This document shows, one piece after another, positions 25,601 to 36,666 of a stretch of DNA of 64,000 nt; positions within the stretch are counted from its first letter, which is position 1; every line of letters starts with the position of its first letter. A program made the position numbers and the translations under genes. Source of the stretch: Cheilinus undulatus. Taxonomy: Eukaryota. Location: positions 26,584,546 through 26,648,545 of the forward strand of contig NC_054879.1 of NCBI RefSeq assembly GCF_018320785.1, read 5' to 3'. Below the pieces are notes generated by a model, which saw nothing but the letters and a program-made list of their open reading frames with translations, was not told where the DNA came from and ran no database searches.

Positions 25601-27925
25601 TTTGTGCTTTATACATGACGTGTTCTGGCCAAAAACTGGCACAGATATATTTTATTTTGACCTTGACTATGAAAAAGTGACGTGATTTGCTACCTTTAAA
25701 ACTTTGATCTGCTTCTAATGAAGTGTAGTTCCACTTTGGACGAGTGAATCAGTGGGATTCATAGTTTTAGCCATTTTTTTTAAAAGTTATTAAACTGGAT
25801 GCACTAGCCAGGAAGGAGTCAAGACCAGGATAAACTTCTAAAGAGTTCCACCTGAGAAAGGAAAAAGAGGCTCTGTTGTCTCAGTAGACTGTAGCACCAA
25901 ACAGGTGAAATAAGGAGAGGTTCTCAGACACATCTGTCCACATTTGTCATTGTTTCTAGATATTTCCTGCTCTCTATTATTGGTTGTTCATCATATTTTA
26001 CAGAGAAAACTTGCTCTGCAGGATGGAAGAGGTTCGAATGCTCCTGCTATCTCTTCTCAGAGCAGAAAAACTCTTGGGAAGGAAGCAGGCAAGACTGCAG
26101 AAACAGAGACTCAGATCTTGTGGTTATCGAGAGTTCTGGGGAACAGGTAATGTGTTTATATATAAACTATATATAGTTTATATATACACTTATTTTCACC
26201 TTCTTGTCCTGGTCATAGTGGCTGAAGGCTATGCTTGTCACCCCACACATCCCAAAGCAATTTTTTTCCAGCTCCTCTTGGGAGGTTCAGAGTCATTCCC
26301 AGGCCCAGCAAATTCTGGGTCTTTCCTTGGGTACCCTCTGAGACCTCACCAAGGAGGCAACCCAAAGACAAACTGATCAGATGCCTAAGCCAACTTGACT
26401 GGCTCCTTTCAGTTTGAGGGAGCAGTGACTCTACCTCGAGGTGTCCAAATTTATCAAACAAAGCTGAGTCCAGCTGCTGTCCTGGGGAAGTATTTGAATG
26501 ATTTGTAGCCATGATCTAACTCTTTAGTTCACCACCCAAAGTTCATGACCATCTGGGAGGGTTGAAACAATGATCAACTGATAAATTCAGTTTTTCTTCC
26601 AGATCAGATCCCACTGAAGAGCTTTTTGACTACTATAGTGATAAACATAAATATAAAAACAGGATCTCTGCCTTCAACAGGAATTTGTCTCCAACAACAT
26701 TAAGGATTGGGCTTGGATTGGTCTGAGTGACAGAGAGAATGAAAACATCTGGAAATGGACAGATGGCACCCCGCTGACTCAGGGGTAAGGCACACACTGA
26801 TGTTGTTGTTTCATGCCTTAGCTTAAATTTAGGCATAAATATAATGATTCTTGTAGCACAGTCATGATTATTTTACAAATCAATACACAAATAATTCTTC
26901 TACCATATACTTTTTTTTCTTTTTTAATTAATGCCCATCTAAATGAGTCACAAATCAAACCAAAAACTCAATTCTAATTTTAGCATGCACATAAAGCAAA
27001 AACTTGTTGGTTGAAATTAGTCAGAGAAGCATTTTTTTTTTCTTTACTAACAACATGAGGCCCTGTTAAAGGGATATTTCAACATTTTGGCAAATTCGCC
27101 CATTGCCATAATTCCTATAGTCTTAGTTATAGGTTCGTTTCCTTTATTTGTCGGTGCAAGCTGTTTCTAGATCTGGGGGGACTGTTAAACCAGCTGCACC
27201 ACCAAAGCTATTTTAACAAACAGAATTTTTACTTTCCCTCATCAAACTCATAAAATACACAATCCAACAACTCCAAAACGCTCTCTAGACAAGTTGTGAC
27301 CTGCACATTTACTATGCTATGGAATAATGTATAATTATGTAACATTACAAAACATGAAGCAAATACTCGGAACAATTTCTTGATTGAACCACTGGGTGGG
27401 GTGACACAGTGCAGCAGCCATGTCTGGAGTGTAGTTCTGGTTTTGCATTTAACTTTAAAACATCTCCTTCTCATAATGTTCAATGATTATTTCATAGCGT
27501 GATGAATGTACAGGCTACAACTTGTCCACAAGAGTGTTTTGGAGTTGTTGGATTGTGTATTTGATGAGTTTGATGAGGGAAAGCAAGAATTCTGTCTGCT
27601 AAAGTAGTGTTCGCGGTGCAGCTGGTTCAACGGTCCCCCCAGATCTAGAAACAGCTTGCACGAACAACTAAAGGAAACAGACCTATTACTAAGACTATAG
27701 GAATTACGGCAAGGGGCGAATTTGCCAAAATGTTGAAGTATCCCTTTTAAGTCACACTTGTTAACCTCTTACAGATACTGGTGGTCTGGGCAGCCTGATA
27801 ATGGTGGAGGAGATCCACAGTGGGGCGAAGAAGACTGTGTTCATTTAGAAAATCACAGAGGAAAAGAGGCAAACTGGAATGATGTGCGATGTGACAAGTC
27901 ATTGCTTTGGATTTGTGAAAAATAG
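16700..27925 (+). CDS. Type II TM C-type lectin receptor, copy 3, apparently intact (249 aa). It has a large TE-filled intron between the neck and CTLD1 exons.
   Basis: Exons: 16700-16766 (MEGIYANVEHDKTDENPQTIQTG), 16857-16958 (TM), 20651-20830 (neck ...LSKQ), 26004-26146 (KKTCSAGWKRFECSCYLFS...DSDLVVIESSGEQ), 26681-26784 (EFVSNNIKDWAWIGLSDRENENIWKWTDGTPLTQG), 27775-27925 (YWWSGQPDNGGGDPQWGEEDCVHLENHRGKEANWNDVRCDKSLLWICEK, TAG 27923-27925). Total 747 nt, divisible by 3. AATAAA at 28036-28041. Confidence 0.65.
17040..17125. repeat. Compound (ATT)n/(ATC) microsatellite
   Basis: The tattattatt...atcattatt tract. It explains the poly-N/D ORF on the minus strand. Confidence 0.95.
18326..19072 (-). 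mobile_element. Penelope-like element fragment (GIY-YIG endonuclease domain with CCHH zinc finger)
   Basis: 248-aa ORF containing CLKCSCNHCPKL and YVVYRLTCPCNCFYIGRTKKRQKDRVAEHKY, a GIY-YIG motif. Confidence 0.6.
22100..24420 (+). mobile_element. Non-LTR retrotransposon ORF2 (RT) fragment, frameshifted
   Basis: Overlapping ORFs carry RT motifs (IPGFSGCLEHTSMIWHQ, HVIFLDLANAFGSVPHNLL) and a C-terminal CX2C...H region (CSLCPSPASLKHIMTGC). The frame is broken across 22315-24236. Confidence 0.6.
27061..27751. mobile_element. Foldback/MITE-like element with inverted arms of about 240 bp
   Basis: 27061-27300 is the reverse complement of about 27510-27751 at roughly 90% identity. The termini are ccctgttaaagggatatttcaacattttggcaaattcgcc and ggcgaatttgccaaaatgttgaagtatcccttttaa. 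It lies in the CTLD2-CTLD3 intron of copy 3. Confidence 0.6.
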
Positions 27926-29513
27926 CAAAGCATTTATGGATCATTGAAGTAAAATATAATTGAAGTTATTTACAATGTGAATTATTAAATAATGAGTTTT
28001 TTATGTTAATGATCTGTTGTTTTGTAAAAAGTACTAATAAAGACCTCTTGCAGACATTTGACAGCTGTGGTGTCTTGTAAATCATCATGCTACACATGAA
28101 TAACAAAAGTAGCAGAGGACCTTAAACTGATTTAACTCCAGGTATGGCTTAGGAATAGTGTTGTCAAATTAGGATTCACTGACCCTATTTAAAATCATCT
28201 ATTTTCATACATACAGAGGTAAAATTGTTTCCTGATCTCTGGAAAGTTTGTACGTTTGTCTCTCATAGACAGTAGGCTAATCTTACTCTGTTGATGTCGT
28301 ACGGCTATCATCCTCGTCATTAGATGCTTAATAACAACATGCTTGGATATGATTGTTTTACCCCTAAATAACTCCATAATGACTCAGTGTCTCTGCACGC
28401 TGGTTGTGCAATGATAGGCCAACAACACAATAAGGGGAGCATTAAAGCTGTTTTGATTTGCACATTTTAATGTTGAGCTTTAACAAATGATTACATCATA
28501 AAGCTATGTGGCGTGCGAACATGGACCCATATTCAAACATGTTTCTGAGCACCACATGTTGACACTTCTCCTGTATTATCTCATTTAACATGAGCATGGA
28601 GAGGTGCTAAAGAAAACTTGCTTTGGGAATCATGGAGCAGGTGTACCATCCTCTTTTGCCAACATTTTCCTTTTGGGTGTGTTTCAACAAAGTCCAGTTA
28701 TTTTCCAGCTCTGTCACTTTCACTTTCAGTTATAAATAAAAAATTCCCCAGCAGAGTGGCATTGCCGTGGTTGCATTGTTAAAGGAGAGTAAAAATAACT
28801 CTTTTCTACATCATTCCAACATTATAAACACTAGCTGTGCTAAAAAAAAAAAAAAAAAAATTGCAATTGGTGCAAGGTGGGTTTCCTCTGGTAAGAACAA
28901 AGCAGAGTTAACCTCATAGCAGAGCAATGCATGCTGATGAAGAATTTGATCTATGCCTCTCTTAGGAACACCTAAAATCACAGACAAAAACTCTGACTCA
29001 GTGGATAACTTCACTCACGGTGCAAATGTGTCTCACATCAAAAACAACAATCCACCAGAAACATGAGCAAAAATAGCCCAATTAGGATCACTGTACAACA
29101 GACATCTCAACACAAACACAAAACCCATCTAATCTACCAGAAGAAGACATCCAAAGCCAAAGCTTTAAACGTCAAGATGGAAATATTCCTAACAAAAAAA
29201 AAAAAAAAAAAAAAAAAACATTCAGGTGTTGACGTATAAATGGTGTCGAAGATGTGTGACGTCAGTGTCAGTATTTTTCCTCCTTTCATAGTAGTTGTGG
29301 TTTTGAGCTCAGAAAACATCCAGACTACCCTTTTCTTAGTCCTGTCAGCAGCCTTATTGATGCCGCTTCTCATGGAGTATATCTGAGGCACTATCCAAAA
29401 ATGTTTCCTTCGATGATGCCTCCAAAATTCAGTATCTTTTCTTTAACATTGATCACACAGATAATGGATTCTAAAAAGAGTTCCTGTAACTTTTTTTTTT
29501 TTTTTAACTCTGA

Positions 29514-29529
29514 GACTTGTCACTTCCTC
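29514..29529 (+). promoter_or_regulatory. Conserved promoter motif gacttgtcacttcctc (ETS/PU.1-like GAGGAAGTG on the minus strand) upstream of copy X
   Basis: The reverse complement GAGGAAGTGACAAGTC contains the PU.1/ETS consensus core GAGGAAGT. Confidence 0.45.
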
Positions 29530-29601
29530 TTTGATGAAAAAAGGACTTTCTTCACTATTCAAACTTAGTCTGCTCTGCAGATGGGACCTTTTAGGAAACA
29601 G

Positions 29602-32600
29602 ATGGCATCATTTGAGGAAACTGAGGGAATCTACGCCACTATTGACGATGTTAAACCTGTCGATACCAGACCTCCAACCATTTGGACAAGTAAGAGCGTT
29701 CACTTTGACTCAGCTGTTCAAGAACAGGCATTATCATGCAGCATTATTACTCTTCTCATATGGTTCTGTCTGTGTTCAGGTCCTTTTTGGAAACAGATAT
29801 CATTTGATGAAAGTGAAGGAATCTACGCCACTATCGACGATGTAAAACCTGCTGATGTCAGCCCTCCAATCATTTGGATAAGTAAGTATTCAGTTTGAAC
29901 TCAGCTGGTCAGGAACATAAAATTATGCAGCATTATAACTCGTCTCATATGGTTCTGTCTGTGTTCAGGTCCTAGAAGCTCATCAAGGAGATCTTACAGA
30001 CTTGTTGTTCTTCTGGGACTGCTAAATCTTCTCCTTCTGGCTGGGATCATCGGCCTCAGCATCCTCTGTGAGTCTGTTTTACGGACTTTTACGATTGTAA
30101 ACCAAATTTGAACCTTTGCCATGTAATTTATCAAAAAATTAAAGGGAGAGCCGTTCCAGGCATGGAGTGGCAGAAAGGATGATAAAAGTCAACGGAGAGT
30201 AAGCAGGAAGCATCATCATTTCAGCTGAAAATTATCGTCATTTTTGATAGTTACATCTTGATATGTTCACCGTGCTCAGTACAGATCCTAATCAGATTGT
30301 TTATAGAAATGTTTGGAGTTGTAACAATGCCATGCAGTCAGATCCGGGTAGATTACAGCCATGTTGGGTAACAGTAACCTAGCTAGCCACAATGGCAGGT
30401 TGAATTTATCAGTGTCACAGCTTAAGCTCTACTCTGACCATGCTTGTCTGCTAGCCCTGATGATTTAGATCAGGGGACATCAACTATATTTAAACAAGGG
30501 CCAACGTTTTCCCATACAGGCACTTTGGGGGCCAAACTTTATTTAAAACCATTTATAAATTGGTCTAGTTAATGTTTTTTTGTTGAAATATTTTTATTTT
30601 CTTTCGAATTCATGTAATTTTAAGGCTCTAACAGTGAGATCAGTCTCCATATTGCAGCCAGCCACAAGGAGGCAATTGAGATATTCTAGCTGAATATTTC
30701 AGTGGCTGTGATATTGTCCATCGCTAGGTTTGACGCTAATATGTCGTGTAGTGACGGCAAAACACGTGAAGCCAAGAGTTGACAGAAAACGACAGTTTAA
30801 ATCATGAATGGACTGATAAATATGTGTTTAATATGCATCATGTTTGCTAATAATGGCTGACAGGTGGATGTCTGAAAAATGGATGAAACAAAGTCATTCC
30901 TGATTAAACTTTCAATCTTAATTGTTCCTGAAGTTGTTTTAATAGCTCTAGGGAGTTTGTTTAAAGAAATGGGAAAAAAGACACCTGAAATACTACAACA
31001 TATTTTTTCCTCTGAACATGTTCTTAATTTCATAATGATCTGGGGGCCGGATGTGGCCCCCGGACCACCAGTTGATGATCACTGATTTAGATGCTTGTTG
31101 AAGTGAGGCCGTTCAGCACATACAAGTCTCAAATCTACCCCAGAATAACTGGAACGTGGCTGGTCTCATCATCCATTCGAGGGTTTTTACGCAGTACCAA
31201 GAGCTTTCATGCTGTATAACAATGACCCACACAAATGCCACACTCACTGACATACACACACACGGATGTGCTGTTAATATAGACTGAAGGATTTCATCTG
31301 TTTAGGGAAAATGTTTCAGACTGTTAGAGGACAAACACAGGCCTGAACTCTGTCGCTGTCAGAGGGAAAATATGAGATGTTCTTGTAATCTGCTGTAGTT
31401 TTTTTTCCTGACAAACAGTTGACAGTATTTTAATATTAGCATAAATGTAATACCCATTGAAGGGAATAAAAATATCTAAGAGTAATTGACAGCATAGATG
31501 ACCGTCTCTAACAATGAAGTATGACACACATCTCTGTAGTGTGCTGCCTTATTTTCACTGGGAGAAGTGTGCTATTAAGAGGAGAGATAATATTGATCAT
31601 TTTGATGAGGGAAGATAAAGAATGTGTGTCATGTCATACCATATGTACCAAATTTGGCATGTAGCACATAGTTTCCAAACACCAAAAATGTGGCTAGTGG
31701 AGCTACAGCATGCCTAGCAAGTTCGCAAAACACTAGCCACCATGGCGAGAGAGCAAAATCATTAATGCTAAGCCCTGTGGGTGTGTGTGTATACAGGATG
31801 GCTCTTTTCCCTTAATAAATGACATCATTATTTACAAATTATTTCTATTTACTCTGGTTAACCTCGTCCAATATTAAAATTTGTTGATGATCTGAAAGAT
31901 TAAAGTGTAATAAAATTAAGAAAATCTGTGAGAGTCACAGCACTGTATATCATCAGAAACAGTGTGACTGTTCTTTTAAGAAAATTTAAAGACGCTGATC
32001 AGACAGGAGCATTCAACCCTACCTCTGTATTTCCTGTTTTTTGTTGTTGTCAGTTTTTTTTTGTCGTGTCATTCAGACATGTTAATCCAGTTATGAAATC
32101 GGACATTTCTCTTTTAAAAAGTTCCAGTCACAGTGATGGAAAGGCGTCGATGAGACCTTGACCTGAAGCTCTCTTTCTGTCCATGCATCATGGAACCATC
32201 TGCTGCTGAGCCGCACAAGCCTGAGTGGTGTAAAATCAGCCAATAAGGCCAATGTTCAGACCTGAAAGCTGTGTTGTTATAATGCCTTTACTTTTTCAAT
32301 GGGAACACTGAAGTTTATGTTTTTATTAGCATCATAAACTTTATCAATAAAAGTGCGAAGGCCAAGGACAGTCTCCTGACTCTGAATCATTTAGGTTGGG
32401 TAATTTGGATCAGTTTTAGGGTCATGCTTATAAGGCCCACTTATAATGTCATATCTGCTCAAAGAAACATAGAGTAAGCCTCATTTAGATGCACACAGTT
32501 CACCCTGTTAAAGAAATCTTTTTCTTTGTATTATTTCAGACCGAGATTCAGCTCATCATGCATCTGCAGAGCTATCCGCCATTAAAGCCAAGCTAACTGA

Positions 32601-32742
32601 GCATCTTCAGGTCAAAGATGAGCAGCTGTCCTCACTGACTGTACAGCAGAACCTTCTGGATGTCACACTCACCAATATGAACAAAGAGCTGCAGAGTCGT
32701 CTGCGGGGTGATGCTTGTGTACAGATGTATTTATTCGATTAG
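29602..32742 (+). CDS. Truncated lectin paralogue (copy X): duplicated cytoplasmic-motif exon, TM exon and neck exon that reads through to a stop. No CTLD exons. Possible CTLD-less product or a pseudogene.
   Basis: Exons: 29602-29689 (MASFEETEGIYATIDDVKPVDTRPPTIWT; an upstream in-frame ATG at 29581 is also possible), 29780-29881 (SPFWKQISFDESEGIYATIDDVKPADVSPPIIWI, a second copy of the motif fused to a TM-exon-like 5' end), 29969-30067 (TM, SPRSSSRRSYRLVVLLGLLNLLLLAGIIGLSIL), 32540-32742 (neck; the canonical CAGA|gtgagt donor is lost, and the frame runs on to TAG at 32740-32742). AATAAA at 32862-32867. No CTLD exon is seen before copy 4 starts at 36667. The frame from the ATG to the stop is 492 nt, about 163 aa. 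Confidence 0.45.
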
Positions 32743-32861
32743 GTCTAGGAGGGTCACAGTGTTATTAGTCAGAGAGCATAACACTATTGTCAATCTGCCA
32801 GGGCTGCTTCTAGCCAAAGTGAGGCCCTGAGCAGACTCTAGTAAAAAGTCCCCCTCCACTA

Positions 32862-32867
32862 AATAAA
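32862..32867 (+). terminator. polyA signal AATAAA 120 bp downstream of the read-through stop of truncated copy X
   Basis: aaataaag at 32861-32868. Confidence 0.35.
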
Positions 32868-35800
32868 GTAAATTATACAATCAAAAACAAACAAAAAACA
32901 AATGAACAAAAAACACTTCAGCTTGTTTATTTGTGAAAATTATATCAAACTTTATACTGGAGCCCCTCACTCATATTCTGGGCTGATCTCTGTGTCTTTC
33001 CCAAAAGACCAGAAAAAAGAAAAAAATATTATACCTTTATTTGAAACCAGTGACCAGTGCAATATTCCAAGCTATCATCTTACATCAATTTTAACTTTTT
33101 TTTTTTTTTTTTTAAACGTTGAAACGTTTAATTTATAATACAGGGTTGCTTCACACTTTTACACATGAAATTTAAATATTTTTAATACTTTATTAAGACC
33201 TGAACTCAAAAATTTTATGGCACATTTTGCACAGAAAAAAGTAAAAGCGTGTTAGATTTCATGGTACACTGGACAAGGATAGAGTTTTTGATTTAATGCT
33301 CTGTTTATGAAATGTCAACTGGAGTAGAACAAAAAAGTTTCTTGGTCATAAACATCTGAGTTTGATTATTTAGCAGTTTTAAAGCCTCCACTCTATCGGG
33401 GCTGACACGCAGACAGAATGTGCATGTAGCACTGCTGTAAATGCTTTTAACTCTGACATGGACAAACATGAACGTACAAGTCAATGTGCCGTCTGATATT
33501 TAAGACCTCTCACTGGTTAAGACTTTTGATGGCCTTAAATTTCAGAAGTCCAATTGAAGACTTTTTAAGGATACACTGCAAACCTGATAATAGAGCTGGA
33601 ACTCATTTACAAAAAAATACAATTTCTCTGGAACATCAGTGTGGATTTAGAAAGATCATTCTACCTGTGTGGCATTTTGTCAGGCAGCTCTTAATTTTGA
33701 TAAATATGCACTGAGCATTTTTTCAGATTTGTCAAAAGCATTTGGCATGGTCAGTGATTAATTCTGTTTGCTAAATTACAACACCATGGGTTTCACTGAA
33801 CCAGTCACATAAGTACCACAAGGATCTGTATTAGGACCTTTATTGTTTCTTATTCACATGAAGGATTTTTCATTAGTTTGTAATTGCTCTTCTCCTATTT
33901 TTTTTTTTTTTTTTTGCTGATGATACCAACATGATTTTATCACACAGTGGCTTACATACCCTATTTAATAATACAAATCCAAATGAGGAATTGGTGTTGA
34001 AGTTACAAAATGATTTAAAAATCTTAATTATAAAGTCAAACTTCATAGTATTTGCAAGAAGAGGCAGGAGTTAGATGTCCTAGTGGACAAGAACTTAAGT
34101 TGGAAATATCACATTTTTTTTTTATCCACAAAAAAGGACCTTTTGCAAAAAAGCCTTGTTTATTCACCTTGTGTTATTATCAGCGTCAGTTTTATCAAAA
34201 CTGGGACACATTTCTTTATACAATGAAGAGCTATAAACTTCATTGAAAGCTTTAGATGGCAGAAAAAAGGTTTTACTGCCCTTCTGCTGACCTGCTTCAG
34301 CATAAGTTTGCAATAGTTACAGGAGAAGGGGGATGTAGTGTGGGTCTGTTTATACAATGGGAGCTGGTGGAGCAGTTAGCTCGGCTGTGGCATTGGTATA
34401 GCGTTGGTTTAGTCAGAACTGGACCACATAGCTTTATTAAAACAAGAGCAAAGAGACCCACTGTAAGCTCCTATTGATGGAGAAGACGACCGGCCACAGC
34501 ATTTAATCCACATCATCATCCACAGTTCCAAAACTACGGTAGCATTTGTCAGGAGGTTTGTTGCAGAGCTGCGTATGCGTGCTACTATGTCACATGCTTT
34601 GTCGCTCTGATTGGCTCGTGATGACTGGGACAGAGAAAACGTTCGTACAATCACCTTCCAAGAATTTTTTTGGAAAAGTCCTGCCCTTCCCAAATGCTTT
34701 CTATGGAAGCTTTCCCAGATAAATTTGAAATATCCACTCAATGGATAAATGAAACACTCTATCTGCCGTGTCAGACTGGTTTAGTCCTCAAACTGCCTTC
34801 AATTTTACTTTCTGCAAAAACGTTTTGTAAGATTGCCAACTTTCCTTTATTCATTCAACAGAAGCTTCTGCCCCCTCTTCAAAAATCTCAACGTCCTTTC
34901 AGTTTATGATCCAAACATTCACGTGGGTATCTATACAAATATATGTTCTTCCCTTTGTCTTTACCATCATCATTTAGTAACTAGTTTGAATTAAATTCAC
35001 AGTCATGTATATACTTCCAGAGGGTTCATCATCTTCATCTTCCCTTTGATAAAAGTGAAAATGGTCAGTTTTTCATTTGTTATCATTGTGTAAAATATGG
35101 AATGCTTTTAGTTTTCCTCAATTAATAAAGCTTAAATTTTCATGTTTTAAGTTTGTTCTTTTGTTAATTTATTGTTGTTTATATAGTTTCTCATTTCTGT
35201 TGCTTATTCTCATGTTTATCAACACTTTTTAGTACATATTAGGGCTGTCAAAAGATTAAAACTGTAATTGCAATTAATGTCAGAATTTCTGTACTTAGTC
35301 GCAAAGTTTCACCTTTTTTATCGAATTTTAAAATTACACTATTTTTCATTTTAAACTTTTTTCATGGCTGGATGTTTCTACTGTCTTAAACTTAGTGTAA
35401 TTGACTTCCTGTTTGGGTACACACCTACTTTCAGAGGTGTATTGAAGTTTTGATATTCATTTCACCATGGAAAAACAGACTTGCTATGGATTGAAAATGA
35501 AATAAGCGATCCTTAAAGGTGTAGATGATTTTTTCGTGTCTACTGAGTTCTCAGCAAGTTAGCTTACAGTGAACGAGACCTCAAAGAGCAGTGGGGGACT
35601 TATTTTACATCACTGGCTGCAGGGAGACACTGGTGCAGCCTTAACCAAAGTAAGTTGAAAGTGACAATTAAGCATGCAATAAAAAAATATCAGTGCACTT
35701 ATTGTGGATCTAAATTAATTGAGATTAACTAACTAAATAAATTTTAAAAACTTAATGAAATAATACTGCCACAGACCCATTATCCAGCAAAACTAACTTT

Positions 35801-36550
35801 AACCTGAGAAATTTTAATTTTAAAACAGCTGATGTGCAAGAGGAAGTTCGAGGTTTATTACTTCAGTCAGGAACACTCTCATCATACATACAACCATCTT
35901 CTTGCAACATGGATATACACGCAGGGATAGCTCTGCTCAGGAGATTCTCCCTGGGTTTGTTAGCAGCATGCTTTGATTTTCCAGGGAGCACAGCCAGAAA
36001 CTTCCATATGGATTGATGTATTTATGGCAATTCTTATTGAATACAATAGAATTACTTTAAAAAAAATTCATCTTTAGTAGCAATCTCAATGAGCGCGCAA
36101 CAAGCTTTATGCTATAAAGGAGGAGGCTGGGGTGGAGGAGGTAAAGCTTTGTCATCAGCAGCGGCGTGGTACATCAGCATTAATGCAAGCAAGGATTAGT
36201 GAGAAGTACATCCTTTTAAAAATACACAGCTGTGTTCAGAGAAAGAGCTGTGAGTGGCTGTAGTGAGTGGGTGGGGGTGATAACTAGGACTAGCTGGCTG
36301 TCAGCTGTGGCTCAGGATGTCAGAACCAGCACGAGAACTTAGTTTTATTATAAATTCACAAACTAAACAATGGCAAAAGTAGAAGTTTGAAAAGGTTGCA
36401 GGTTGTAGAAAGAATATATAATTTACAAATGTGACACCCAAGTAAAGTTAAAGTTTAGTTAGTGTTGTATTTACCTTGATCATATTCATCATTCTGTTGC
36501 TGATCTGATGCAAAGAGACAGCAAAAAAAGAAAGCAAACAAATATACTCA

Positions 36551-36566
36551 GACTTGTCACTTCCTC
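36551..36566 (+). promoter_or_regulatory. Conserved promoter motif gacttgtcacttcctc, 101 bp upstream of the copy 4 ATG
   Basis: Identical 16-mer to the one at 29514. Confidence 0.45.
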
Positions 36567-36666
36567 ATTTTTTTCTGATGAATAAAAATGCAAGAACTTA
36601 AAACCTAGAAGACTTTCTCTGCAGTCACATTGGCCCACACTGCAGACAGGACCTTTTAGGTCAGAG

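Noticed and set aside
26004-26146. Apparent 1-bp frameshift in CTLD exon 1 of copy 3
   Set aside because: On recounting against the printed sequence the exon is 143 nt, and the CTLD frame is open throughout (gactgcagaaacagagactcagat). A prokaryote-style ORF-track entry in another frame caused the confusion.
30470-30545. Repeat caggggRcatcaactaWatt...gggccaRactttaWttaaaac (also at 37245-37330) as a transposon
   Set aside because: It occurs at the same relative position after the TM exon in copies X and 4, so it is more simply paralogous intron sequence from the gene duplication.
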